This document shows, piece by piece, positions 1 through 9,348 of a stretch of DNA of 64,000 bases; position 1 is the first letter of the stretch; every line of letters begins with the position of its first letter. The translations under genes and the position numbers were made by a program. The notes under the pieces were generated by a model, which worked only from the letters and a program-made list of their open reading frames with translations, did not search any database and was not told where the DNA came from. This DNA comes from Oscillospiraceae bacterium (GTDB lineage: Bacteria > Bacillota > Clostridia > Oscillospirales > Ruminococcaceae): NCBI GenBank assembly GCA_036661035.1, contig JAVWZM010000001.1, forward strand, positions 3,022 to 67,021, read 5' to 3'.

Positions 1-1802
1 TTAAATCCGGTTTATCAAACAAAATTGTGCGCGGCTCGGCAATTGGCAATATCAATTTTGCATCGCCACTTTCGGGAAATGTGCAAAAATTCAGCATAAA
101 CGGCATGGATTTTTCTTTTGATAATTCCAATTCTCTTAATTCTATTATAGACGAGATAAACCAGAGCGCGGCAGGCGTTAAAATAAATTACGATGCCAAC
201 ACCGATAAATTCAGCATGGAATCTACCGTGCAGGGAGATATAGGCGTAGCGGCAGGTACAAGCGCATTTAAAATAACACAAACAGAGGGCAACTTAATGT
301 CTTCGCTGTTTGGCGTGGGCTCGTCAGGTAATTACACAAGCGCAAATCTTACCAAAACCATGAACCCAACGGTGGATTACGATAAAGCGGCTGTAATAGA
401 TTTTAAAGGTGGAGATGTAAGCATAAATGTGGGCGGCAGCGTAAAAACCTACACTTTAGGCGCGCACACCACAAAAGAAAGCCTTGTAACAGAGCTTAAC
501 AGTAAGCTTGCCGCAGATTTCTTTTCGGAAACTCCGGGCAAAAACGAGGGCGATCCTGCTATTAAAACCCCAAGTATTCAGTTTGAGGCAAGCGCCGACG
601 GCAAAACACTTACTCTTAATTCTAAGGTGCAAACGGCAAGCGTTGTGGGCGAGGGCTTAAATGTGCTTGGCTATACCGAAAAAATAGATGCCAACACAAA
701 AATGGGCGACCTTGGCTTTAAGAATTTTACATATGAGGTAAACGGTAAACAAATAAATGTTGCAGAATTTGGCACACTTGGGGATTTCGTAAACAGTATC
801 AACAGCGCTCTTGGCGCGGGCAACGGTACAGCAACCCTTAAAACCATTGGCTCCACACCGTTTATAGAGCTTGCAGGCGTTAAAATCCCCATGGTTTTCC
901 CTGCGGGGCCGGCAGCTAAGCTATTTGGCGAAAATGTGCAGCCTGCCGATGCAAAAGGCGCAAGCTTTGACCAAACTCAAACTGTGCTGGGGCAAAATGC
1001 AAAAATTACCGTAAATGGCGTAGAGCTTGAACGCTCCAGTAATAATTTCACCATAGAGGGCGTAAACATTACATTAACAGGCACCACCTCTACCGCAAGC
1101 GATATAAGCGTTTCTCAAGACACCACAAAGATTTTTGATACCGTGAAGAAATTCACAGAGGAATACAATAAGCTTGTAAACAGTATCAACGATTTACTTG
1201 GCTCAGATACCACTTATAAAGCATATCCTCCGCTTACCGCCGCACAAAAAGCAGAGATGAGCGACAAAGAGATAGAGGTGTGGGAAGAAAAATCCAAGGG
1301 CGGCTTGCTGCGAGGGGACTCCACTTTACAGGGCGTACTAAACAGCCTGCGCGGCACATTGTATACAAAGCCCGAGGGCGGCGTGGCACTATATGACCTT
1401 GGCATTACCACAGACTATTTTGGCACAAAAGATAACCTTGTTATTGCAAATGAGGCAGACCTTAAAAAGAAAATTGCCGAAAACCCAGACGGTATTCGCA
1501 AGCTGTTTACAGACGCGGAAAAAGGCCTTGCCACTATGATGAACACCGCAATAGATAAAGCGGCAAAGGCGTCTAGCATAGATCCGGGCAGCCTTGTGTC
1601 CATGGCAGGCGCAAAGGGTGTGCCAAACAGCGACTCCACCATAGCAAGGCAGATGAAGCTTATAGACGATAGCCTAAGCAACCTTAACAACAAATACAAA
1701 AGCGAATACGACAGATACTGGAAACAGTTTAACAATATGGAGCAAATGATACAGAAGATGAATTCGCAAAGCTCGTGGCTGTCGCAACAATTCAGTAGTT
1801 AG
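1..1802 (+). CDS. fliD: flagellar filament capping protein FliD (hook-associated protein 2), N-terminus cut by window edge
   Basis: The frame is open from position 3 to the window edge (KSGLSNKIV... precedes the GTG at 27). The C-terminal YDRYWKQFNNMEQMIQKMNSQSSWLSQQF is typical of FliD, and fliS follows immediately. Confidence 0.85.
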   Translation, partial: KSGLSNKIVRGSAIGNINFASPLSGNVQKFSINGMDFSFDNSNSLNSIIDEINQSAAGVKINYDANTDKFSMESTVQGDIGVAAGTSAFKITQTEGNLMSSLFGVGSSGNYTSANLTKTMNPTVDYDKAAVIDFKGGDVSINVGGSVKTYTLGAHTTKESLVTELNSKLAADFFSETPGKNEGDPAIKTPSIQFEASADGKTLTLNSKVQTASVVGEGLNVLGYTEKIDANTKMGDLGFKNFTYEVNGKQINVAEFGTLGDFVNSINSALGAGNGTATLKTIGSTPFIELAGVKIPMVFPAGPAAKLFGENVQPADAKGASFDQTQTVLGQNAKITVNGVELERSSNNFTIEGVNITLTGTTSTASDISVSQDTTKIFDTVKKFTEEYNKLVNSINDLLGSDTTYKAYPPLTAAQKAEMSDKEIEVWEEKSKGGLLRGDSTLQGVLNSLRGTLYTKPEGGVALYDLGITTDYFGTKDNLVIANEADLKKKIAENPDGIRKLFTDAEKGLATMMNTAIDKAAKASSIDPGSLVSMAGAKGVPNSDSTIARQMKLIDDSLSNLNNKYKSEYDRYWKQFNNMEQMIQKMNSQSSWLSQQFSS

Positions 1803-1815
1803 AGAGGTGAAAGAA

Positions 1816-2235
1816 ATGTATAATCCGTATACCAGATACACAGAGCAATCTGTTATGACCATGACAAACGGTGAAATGCTTGTGCGCCTATACGACGAAA
1901 CGGCAAAGCAGATGAATGCAGGGCTTTCACATATTGCCAACAATGATGTACTGGCGACAAATACAGCTTTGCAAAAAGCACGTACAATCTTAAATTATCT
2001 TACACAGACATTAGATTTTAAATATCCGATATCCCAAAACCTTTCAAGCCTATACGAATTTTTTACAAGGCAGATAGTGCTTGCAAATTCTCACATGGAC
2101 GCACAGCCCATTTTAGATGTGATACCCATGATAGAGGAATTGCGCGATACCTTTGCCCAAAGCGAAAAAATTGTACGCATGCAGCAAGGCGCAAGACAGC
2201 CGATGACTATGGGCGGCCTTGCAATGAACGGATAA
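1816..2235 (+). CDS. fliS: flagellar export chaperone FliS
   Basis: MYNPYTRYTEQSVMTMTNGEMLVRLYDE... is FliS-like. The ATG at 1816 lies about 7 nt after a GAGAGGTG Shine-Dalgarno; the track start GTG 1807 sits inside that SD. Confidence 0.85.
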   Translation: MYNPYTRYTEQSVMTMTNGEMLVRLYDETAKQMNAGLSHIANNDVLATNTALQKARTILNYLTQTLDFKYPISQNLSSLYEFFTRQIVLANSHMDAQPILDVIPMIEELRDTFAQSEKIVRMQQGARQPMTMGGLAMNG

Positions 2236-2279
2236 TTGCAAAAGATGCCAGACAAGTAAATACAGCACAAATAATAACA

Positions 2280-2325
2280 ATACGCACTGTAATGAAACTT
2301 AATGTCATTACAGTGCGTATTTTAT
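2280..2325. terminator. bidirectional rho-independent terminator between fliS and serA
   Basis: 16-bp stem ATACGCACTGTAATGA/TCATTACAGTGCGTAT followed by TTTTAT, with an A-rich run on the other side. Confidence 0.7.
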
Positions 2326-2348
2326 GATTAAACGATATTTATTGCCGA

Positions 2349-2426
2349 ATTGCGCGATTATATAGCATATATGGGCGATTTTTTGCTGCGGCAATTATGC
2401 CGATGCATATGCGACAATATGCTATA
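2349..2426 (+). repeat. partial copy of intergenic repeat family A
   Basis: GGGCGATTTTTTGCTGCGGCAATTATGCCGATGCATATGCGACAATATGCTATAT resembles the GGGGCGATTTTATGCGCAAGCCATAGGCTTATGCGCAATATAGCATTTT core of the other copies. Confidence 0.45.
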
Positions 2427-3582
2427 TCACTCTTACGCGGATAACACCGTCTAAAGCCATAAGCTTTGCGGATATATCATCAGGCACATTGCCAAGGGTA
2501 TCAAGCATGGTATATGCGTAGTCTTTTTTAGATTTATTCACCATGTTTTCTATGTTTAGCCTAGCCTCGGTGGTAACGCCTGTAATGCCGGAAAGAATAC
2601 CCGGCACGTTTTTATGGGCTACGCATATCCTGCGTCCACCTGCAAAGGGCAGGCTTACGGCAGGGAAGTTTACGCTGTTTGCAATATTGCCGTTTAAGAG
2701 ATATTCGCGCATTTCGTCTGCAGCCATGCGCGCGCAATTGTCCTCGCTTTCGGGGGTAGACGCGCCAAGATGCGGCACACACACAATTCCGTCTTGGCAA
2801 AGCAACGCGTCATTTGGAAAGTCTGTAATATATCCGCCCACTCTGCCGGATTTAACGCCCTCTAAAATAGCATCTGTGTCCACAAGCTCACCACGGGCGA
2901 AATTAAGTATGCGCACGCCGTGTTTCATTTGGGCAATGCTTTGCTTATTGATAAAGCCCTTGGTTTCGGGTGTGGCGGGAATGTGTAAGGTAATATAATC
3001 GCAGCTTGATATAATATCAGCCACATTAATGCAATGTTTTACACTGCGCGATAGGCTCCATGCCGCCTCAATGGATATGTACGGATCGTACCCAAGTACT
3101 TCCATGCCAAGATGTGCGGCGGCGTTTGCCACCTTTACGCCTATTGCGCCAAGGCCTATTACGCCAAGACGTTTGCCGCTAAGCTCGGGGCCTACAAATT
3201 GGTTTTTACCTTTTTCTACAAGCTTTGGCACGTCGGCATCTTTGCCCTTTAGCGTTGCCGCCCATTTGATGGCGGGCGCAACATTGCGGCTTATAAGCAC
3301 AAGCGCGCCAAGCACAAGCTCTTTTACTGCGTTTGCGTTTGCACCGGGAGTGTTAAACACTACAATGCCTTGCTCGCTGCATTTATCGGTTGGGATATTA
3401 TTTGTGCCTGCACCGGCGCGGGCTATGGCAAGCAGGCTTTGCGGCAAAGGCATATCGTGCATGTCAGCACTGCGCAGCAAAATGCCGTCAGGCTCTGCCT
3501 CGTTATCTATAGCAAAAAGATTATTGGAAAGACGCTCCGTGCCTTTCGCGGAAATGCTGTTAAGCGTTTTAATATTATACAT
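2422..3582 (-). CDS. serA: D-3-phosphoglycerate dehydrogenase
   Basis: 386 aa with a 2-hydroxyacid dehydrogenase fold (GVIGLGAIGVKVA NAD-binding motif) and a C-terminal ACT-like tail. It lies directly downstream of serC. Confidence 0.85.
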   Translation of the reverse strand: MYNIKTLNSISAKGTERLSNNLFAIDNEAEPDGILLRSADMHDMPLPQSLLAIARAGAGTNNIPTDKCSEQGIVVFNTPGANANAVKELVLGALVLISRNVAPAIKWAATLKGKDADVPKLVEKGKNQFVGPELSGKRLGVIGLGAIGVKVANAAAHLGMEVLGYDPYISIEAAWSLSRSVKHCINVADIISSCDYITLHIPATPETKGFINKQSIAQMKHGVRILNFARGELVDTDAILEGVKSGRVGGYITDFPNDALLCQDGIVCVPHLGASTPESEDNCARMAADEMREYLLNGNIANSVNFPAVSLPFAGGRRICVAHKNVPGILSGITGVTTEARLNIENMVNKSKKDYAYTMLDTLGNVPDDISAKLMALDGVIRVRVI

Positions 3583-3603
3583 TATGCTTTCCCCCTTAAT
3601 ACA

Positions 3604-4689
3604 TTATGCGTTTTCGGCGGCGAATTTTTTCATTAATTCCACAAGCTTTTCTACGCCCTCTTTAGGCATGGCGTTGTAAATAGACGCGCGCATGCCCCCT
3701 ACACTGCGGTGCCCCTTTAGGTTTACAAGCCCTGCCTTAGCGGCCTCTGAGCAGAACATGGCGTCCAGCTCCGCCGAGGGGCTTGTGAAAGTAACGTTCA
3801 TTATACTGCGATATTCTTTTTGCACAGGGCTTTTGAAAAAGCTTTGCGAATCGAGATAATCGTACAGCACAGCGGCTTTGGCGTTGTTGTTTGCCTCCAT
3901 ATTTACAAGGCCGCCAACGTCGTTTTCTATCCATTTAAGTACAAGCCCCATCATGTATATGGTGTAGCAGGGCGGTGTATTGTACATGCTTTCGGCACTA
4001 ATCAATGTGTCGTAATTTAGCATAGATGGCACATTTTCGGCAGCATGCCCGATTAAATCCTCGCGGATAATCGCCACCGCCATGCCGGCAGGCGCCACGT
4101 TTTTTTGCACGCCAAAATAAATTACGCCATATTTTGATACGTCGCAGGGCTTTGATAAAATACAACTGGACATATCCGCTACAAGTGCGATATTAGAGGG
4201 CGGTGTCGGCAGCTTGGCATAGCGAGTGCCATAAATGGTATTGTTTTCGCAAATATGCACATAGCTTGCGTTATCGCTGTATTTTAATGTATCAACATCG
4301 GGAATACAGCTAAAGTTTTGCTCTGCACTACTGGCTATGATATTTACCTTGCCAAATTTTTTTGCCTCGCTTGCGGCTTTTTTGCTGAACTGGCCTGTTA
4401 CAATGTAATCTGCCTCACCGGTGAGCATCAAATTAAGCGGAACCATGTCGAACTGCATGGACGCGCCGCCTTGTATAAAGCCTACCTTATAGTTATCGGG
4501 AATGTTCATCACGCGGCGCAAGGCTGCCTCGGTTTCTTTTATAATGGCGTCATATACGCTACTTCGATGGCTCATTTCCATTACGGATTGCCCACTTGTA
4601 CCGTATTCCAAAAGCTCTGCTTTTGCGGTTTCAAGCACTTTTACGGGCAGCATAGATGGGCCCGCGCTGAAATTGTACACTCTTGCCAT
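3604..4689 (-). CDS. serC: phosphoserine aminotransferase
   Basis: MARVYNFSAGPSMLPVKVLE... is a canonical SerC N-terminus. I trimmed the track ORF (to 4725) to this Met. Confidence 0.9.
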   Translation of the reverse strand: MARVYNFSAGPSMLPVKVLETAKAELLEYGTSGQSVMEMSHRSSVYDAIIKETEAALRRVMNIPDNYKVGFIQGGASMQFDMVPLNLMLTGEADYIVTGQFSKKAASEAKKFGKVNIIASSAEQNFSCIPDVDTLKYSDNASYVHICENNTIYGTRYAKLPTPPSNIALVADMSSCILSKPCDVSKYGVIYFGVQKNVAPAGMAVAIIREDLIGHAAENVPSMLNYDTLISAESMYNTPPCYTIYMMGLVLKWIENDVGGLVNMEANNNAKAAVLYDYLDSQSFFKSPVQKEYRSIMNVTFTSPSAELDAMFCSEAAKAGLVNLKGHRSVGGMRASIYNAMPKEGVEKLVELMKKFAAENA

Positions 4690-4750
4690 TATTTTGTACC
4701 CCCACATAAAATATTTTAGATACACTTTACTAAAATAAAGTGTTAATATA

Positions 4751-4778
4751 ATTATAGAGCAAACTACAATATTGTCAA
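4751..4778 (-). promoter_or_regulatory. sigma-A type promoter for serC-serA
   Basis: The minus strand reads TTGACA-16 nt-TATAAT about 60 nt upstream of the serC start. Confidence 0.5.
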
Positions 4779-4891
4779 ATAGAATTTGCAGGGCAAAACA
4801 AGGGCGTTTTTGTGCAAATTTTCAATAAAAGCTTTACGGATAGGCATTTTAGTTATAAAATGTATGTAGTGCGCGGACGCTTTGCAAAATA

Positions 4892-4990
4892 GGCAGTATT
4901 GCGTTTGACAAAATGCTATATTGCGCTCAAAGCCTATGGCGGATAAAATCGCCACGAGGGGACATAGCAACGATTGCAACCTTTAAAATA
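4892..4990 (-). repeat. intergenic repeat family A, inverted copy
   Basis: The reverse complement reads ATTTTAAAGGTTGCAATCG...GTGGCGATTTTATCCGCCATAGGCTTTGAGCGCAATATAGCATTTTGTCAAACG. This aligns along its length with the copies at 16139 and 23804. Confidence 0.75.
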
Positions 4991-5054
4991 CCACTTATAA
5001 TAAGGTAAGCTGCTATATCGCGGCAAAATTTGCGCCAATAAGGAGTACAAATAA

Positions 5055-5240
5055 ATGATAGCAATAATAATTATGGTGGCTATGCTGGACATTGCAGGGC
5101 GCATAGTTGCCCTTATAATGCTTATGCAAAACGGAAATGTGAAAAAGCTGCAATATCGTACATGGGTTTTACTTTGCGCTTTTTTAAATTTTGCGTGGGT
5201 GGCGTATTTGATAATGGGCATGGGCAAAAAAGACGTATAA
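5055..5240 (+). CDS. small membrane protein, PLD nuclease N-terminal (PLDc_N)-like
   Basis: 61 aa with two hydrophobic helices and a ...NFAWVAYLIMGMGKK tail. An AAGGAG SD lies 7 nt upstream. Confidence 0.55.
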   Translation: MIAIIIMVAMLDIAGRIVALIMLMQNGNVKKLQYRTWVLLCAFLNFAWVAYLIMGMGKKDV

Positions 5241-5253
5241 TGCGCAAAAATAA

Positions 5254-5312
5254 GACGGCTCGTGAATTTGTGTAATCGAAATTACTTCAAGAGCCGCCTA
5301 AAATTTATTTTT
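5254..5312. terminator. possible bidirectional terminator
   Basis: Imperfect stem GACGGCTCGTGAA/TTCAAGAGCCGCC with a long loop, followed by AAAATTTATTTTTG. Confidence 0.35.
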
Positions 5313-5343
5313 GTTTGCTATTTTTGTTTAACGCTGCGCAGAT

Positions 5344-6066
5344 TTAAAGCTTTTCGCTTTTGCGCTTTTTAAGATACATGCGCAGTGATATAATGGCGGT
5401 AATGGTAGGCAAAATAACTTTAACCAATGGCGAAATAATGTTGAACATAAGCATGCTCGCATCAATAGGCACAGCAAAGCCCGACAATGCAGCGGATATA
5501 AGGCTTATCAGTATTTGAAAAATAACGATTATCGGCAAAATGCCCGAGAAAATCGCGAGATTGCGAAATAGCCGCCGAGAGCCGAGCTTTTGCCATTTCA
5601 TTAGCATGTATGCAGTAAAAGAGCCAATGATAATGGGTATGGCGGTGCTGATAATAACGATAAATGACGGCATTATATTCGATGCTACAAATATTGAGGT
5701 TGGCCCGTCGGCACCGCCAATAACACCAATGGAGGCTGCTTTGTTCGGGATAAATGGAATATTTGCAATAAATTCCATGGCGGTACCCACACCCCATACA
5801 AGGGCGGCAGATGCTGTAATAATTATAAATAAAACTAAAATCTGTGTAAGGCTGCGCTTTGGAACGGCAAATTCGCTCATTTCGTCATTTAGGCTTTGCG
5901 CTACAGATATGGGCGCGCCCATGTCTTGAATAATGGTTTTCATATCTTCCCCTGCTGTGCGTCTTGAAAAAATGTCGCTTTCAAGGTCTGCCGCTACGCG
6001 CTTTTTGATATCTCGGCGCAGATACACGTTTTTAAGTATAGATTTAATGTATTCCTTTTCAGTCAT
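5344..6066 (-). CDS. membrane protein with a DUF1700/HAAS-like N-terminal domain, PadR partner
   Basis: MTEKEYIKSILKNVYLRRDIKKRVAADLESDI... is followed by multiple TM segments. It overlaps the padR stop by 8 nt, the usual PadR plus DUF1700 arrangement. Confidence 0.6.
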   Translation of the reverse strand: MTEKEYIKSILKNVYLRRDIKKRVAADLESDIFSRRTAGEDMKTIIQDMGAPISVAQSLNDEMSEFAVPKRSLTQILVLFIIITASAALVWGVGTAMEFIANIPFIPNKAASIGVIGGADGPTSIFVASNIMPSFIVIISTAIPIIIGSFTAYMLMKWQKLGSRRLFRNLAIFSGILPIIVIFQILISLISAALSGFAVPIDASMLMFNIISPLVKVILPTITAIISLRMYLKKRKSEKL

Positions 6067-6409
6067 GTTTATCTTCCTCCACAATAAAGCTTTCTACGCA
6101 AGCGGAAAGTGCAAACCATGTATCTTGCATTTCGCAAAGGGCAAGGTGGCCTTTCTCGGTTGCCTCGTAATATTTTTTGGGTGCGTTGCGCCCTTCTCCG
6201 CTTTGCCAACGGGCTTTTATCATGCCTTCGTCTTCAAGGCGATATAAAATAGGGTAAAGGGTGCCCTCCTTCAGCGCAAGCATGCCATTGCTTTTTTCTT
6301 TAATGGCAGATAACAGTTCGTATCCGTACACAGGCTTTGCAGTGGCAAGCTGCAAAACAATAAGCTCTAATACGCCTTTTTTAAGCTGACGTGCATATCG
6401 TTCTTCCAT
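6059..6409 (-). CDS. PadR family transcriptional regulator
   Basis: QLKKGVLELIVLQLATAKPVYGYELLSAIKEKSNGMLALKEGTLYPILYRLEDEGMI is a PadR winged helix. I chose the Met preceded by AAGGAGG rather than the track start at 6433. Confidence 0.85.
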   Translation of the reverse strand: MEERYARQLKKGVLELIVLQLATAKPVYGYELLSAIKEKSNGMLALKEGTLYPILYRLEDEGMIKARWQSGEGRNAPKKYYEATEKGHLALCEMQDTWFALSACVESFIVEEDKHD

Positions 6410-6533
6410 TTCAGCCTCCTTAGTATTTAGCATTACTAAGTATTATTATATAACAAATAAAATGCATGTCAATATAAAAAATGCAAGATATATAAAATAC
6501 ATGAAAAGCACGGCAGATGCAGCCGAGGGTGTA

Positions 6534-6588
6534 GCAACCGGACTTATTATTGTCATTGTACACAAGCTTTTGTCAAGTTGTTATACAA
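6534..6588 (+). repeat. repeat family B, 5' half copy, in the hemW leader
   Basis: GCAACCGGACTTATTATTGTCATTGTACACAAGCTTTTGTCAAGTTGTTATACAA aligns with the 5' half of the copies at 49714 and 57105. Confidence 0.7.
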
Positions 6589-6611
6589 TATAAGAGAAAG
6601 GCAGGTAAAGC

Positions 6612-7691
6612 ATGGACGCAATTTATATTCATATACCATATTGCATGTCTAAATGCAATTATTGCGATTTTTATTCGCAAGGGCGCAAAAGCTCTGTGCC
6701 GCAGGAATATGTAAACGCGATATTGCGAGAGATAGAATATTATAAAAAAAGCTTTGATATAAGGGCAGATAGTCTTTATTTTGGCGGAGGAACACCGTCG
6801 CTTATGTCGCCGCGGCAGGTAAAAGCTATTATAGACGCCGTATCGCCGCGAGCAGATGCTGAAATTACCCTTGAGGCAAACCCCGAATGTGTTACAGCAC
6901 AAAGCCTTGATGGGTTTAAAAAGGCGGGAATAAACCGCATTTCTTTTGGCGTGCAAACAGCAAACGCCCAAAGCCTAAAGCGTTTGGGGCGCGCACATAG
7001 CACAGAACAGTCGTTAAGCGCGTTAAAAATGGCAAAAGATGCAGGCTTTACGAATATCAGCGGTGATATCATGCTTGCACTGCCAAGCTATAGCTATAAG
7101 GAGCTGGACGACACTCTTGCCATTTTGGCAAATGGCGGCTGTACACATATCAGTAGTTATTTGCTGAAGATAGAGCCAAACACGGTCTTTGGCAAGCGTC
7201 CGCCCATGGATATGCCAAAGGAGGACGAGGCGGCGGATTATTATTTGTACTGCGTAAATGCACTTGAACAATTAGGATATCATCAATACGAAATATCCAA
7301 CTTTGCAAAGGACGGTTGCGAAAGCCGACATAATTTAGTTTATTGGCGCGGTGGGGATTATCTTGGCATAGGCCCTGCGGCACATAGCTGTGTAAACGGA
7401 AAACGGTTTTATTATCCGTCCAGCACCAATGCATTTATAAACGGAGATATCAAAACAGTGGCAGACGGTGTATATGATGCCGAGGATTATATTATGCTAC
7501 GGCTGCGCCTTATTGAGGGGCTGAATTTAGCGGAACTTAACGAGCGTTATAATATAGATTTAATCAGTGAACATGGCGGCTTTATAAACAAACTTTGCGA
7601 AACTGATATGGCTATTTGCAAGGAAAACATATTAACCCTTACGCCTAAAGGCATGCTTGTGCAAAACAGTATACTTGCAGAGCTTATTTAA
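6612..7691 (+). CDS. hemW: radical SAM family heme chaperone HemW (oxygen-independent coproporphyrinogen oxidase-like)
   Basis: IHIPYCMSKCNYCDFYS carries the CxxxCxxC motif, and the 359-aa length and overall sequence are typical of HemW. Confidence 0.85.
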   Translation: MDAIYIHIPYCMSKCNYCDFYSQGRKSSVPQEYVNAILREIEYYKKSFDIRADSLYFGGGTPSLMSPRQVKAIIDAVSPRADAEITLEANPECVTAQSLDGFKKAGINRISFGVQTANAQSLKRLGRAHSTEQSLSALKMAKDAGFTNISGDIMLALPSYSYKELDDTLAILANGGCTHISSYLLKIEPNTVFGKRPPMDMPKEDEAADYYLYCVNALEQLGYHQYEISNFAKDGCESRHNLVYWRGGDYLGIGPAAHSCVNGKRFYYPSSTNAFINGDIKTVADGVYDAEDYIMLRLRLIEGLNLAELNERYNIDLISEHGGFINKLCETDMAICKENILTLTPKGMLVQNSILAELI

Positions 7692-7701
7692 AAAGCTGTA
7701 A

Positions 7702-7755
7702 AAGCAAAGCTCCCGAACGCCAAGCGTTTGGGAGCTTTGCTTTGTGTTATTTTGT
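7702..7755. terminator. bidirectional terminator between hemW and the AEC transporter
   Basis: Long stem AAGCAAAGCTCCCGAACGC/GCGTTTGGGAGCTTTGCTT followed by TGTGTTATTTTG, with an A-rich left flank. Confidence 0.75.
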
Positions 7756-7832
7756 ACTGCAAAAGCAATAGCGTGACGCCCCTGTTTAAGCCACGGCTGT
7801 ATGCTGTGGTAAAGCAATAAAGCTTAACAGCA

Positions 7833-8747
7833 TTATCCAAGCACTGCTTGCATAAGGGTGAGGATAAGCGGCATGGTAATGATGCTTAGCAAGGTGGTAA
7901 AGGTTACTGCGCTTGTGTTCCAGCTATAATCCCGACCGCAGTATTGCGCTATCATGGATACTATCATGCCTGTGGGCGCGGTAGAGCCTATCAGCATGGC
8001 ACAGCGCACCATGGAGCCAAAGGGGATAAGGGCGAATATGCCTATAAGGATAAGCGGTATCAAAATAAGCTTTACGAAGGAAAGTATCATAAGCCCTTTA
8101 TCTTTAAGGCATGGCAAAAGCTTGATATTGGCAAGATAGGTACCCAGCAAAATCATGGCAACAGGCGTGTTGGCGGCGGCTAAATAATTCACCGTGGTAA
8201 GTATGGGCGTCGGTAAATATACGGGAGTTAGGAAAAGCACAAGGCCGCAGGCAAGGGCAATTGTACCGGGGTTTAGCACAAGCATTTTCCACGCCTTGCC
8301 CTTTGCTTTATCGCCATAAAGGGAGATGCCATATGTCCAAGTAAGTATATTTGCACCTACAATATGCACACTGCCAATGAACACACCCACGCTGCCAAGC
8401 AATGCCTGAATAAGCGGTATTGCCATAAAGCCGTTGTTGGACATAACAATGCACATTGCTTTGTCAGGGTTGTTTTTATAAAAAATTCTTGCAAAAATTA
8501 TCGGCACGGCATATACAATTATCACCAAAACAAACGCCTGTAAAAGCTGCATGGCAAGAGCCGAATCGTACTCCCGCGAAAAGGCGGAAACTATCATGGC
8601 AGGCATAATTGCTTTCATCAAAAGAGATGATATTTGCGACGAGCCGCTGTCGTTAATAACGCCTAATTTCGCAAGGGCGAAACCTATCATCATTAAAAGA
8701 AACATTATGAAAATTTGGTTTAAAACCGTAAGGCTATAGTCTAACAT
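7833..8747 (-). CDS. AEC (auxin efflux carrier) family transporter
   Basis: 304 aa, about 10 TM segments, typical AEC/malate-permease-like sequence. An AGAGGGG SD precedes the start. Confidence 0.8.
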   Translation of the reverse strand: MLDYSLTVLNQIFIMFLLMMIGFALAKLGVINDSGSSQISSLLMKAIMPAMIVSAFSREYDSALAMQLLQAFVLVIIVYAVPIIFARIFYKNNPDKAMCIVMSNNGFMAIPLIQALLGSVGVFIGSVHIVGANILTWTYGISLYGDKAKGKAWKMLVLNPGTIALACGLVLFLTPVYLPTPILTTVNYLAAANTPVAMILLGTYLANIKLLPCLKDKGLMILSFVKLILIPLILIGIFALIPFGSMVRCAMLIGSTAPTGMIVSMIAQYCGRDYSWNTSAVTFTTLLSIITMPLILTLMQAVLG

Positions 8748-8774
8748 AGCGCACCCCTCTTTAAATATGCTTAT

Positions 8775-8803
8775 ATTGTATCACATTTTAAAGACAATGT
8801 AAA
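8775..8803 (-). promoter_or_regulatory. promoter for the AEC transporter gene
   Basis: The minus strand reads TTTACA-17 nt-TACAAT with an extended TGn element. Confidence 0.45.
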
Positions 8804-9183
8804 AATAAATACGCCTTCAAAAGCTATCATACGATATCTAAATGCGTGCAATTGAATTAATGCTCAAAAGCAAAATATAACGATTTATCAAGAAACTTAA
8901 TGATTTAAAACTGCGCATAAGGCGAAAATAAGTCGCATGATATGTATTCCTGCGCGTATAATACGACGATAATAACGCTGATAGTATATAAAAACAGCTT
9001 ATGGGAGAAAATATTACAGCATAGTATATTTTATTTTATGGCATATTGTTTAATTATCATACGGGAAGTAAACAGTGGTTATATAAAGTAAATTACAGTT
9101 TGTGTCAAATTTTCTCAACACGAAAAGCATTAGAATGTGATAAAGCTTCTATGTGTAAAACAATATTTGCACAGCGCAAAAGC

Positions 9184-9233
9184 ATATAAAAATCGCCTTT
9201 ACAAAACCCTTAAAGAGCTTTTGTAAAGGCGAT
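9184..9233 (-). terminator. rho-independent terminator of the fucose operon
   Basis: 15-bp stem ATCGCCTTTACAAAA/TTTTGTAAAGGCGAT followed on the minus strand by TTTTTAT. It lies about 115 nt downstream of the fucI stop. Confidence 0.8.
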
Positions 9234-9348
9234 AATTTTGCGCGAATTTTGATTAAAGCAAATCAGCTTATTTCAAATTTTGTGCCTTGATATACGCGAT
9301 GTATTAGCCATGTAAAAGGCACTGTGCTTTGCAATTTTATTAGGCTGA

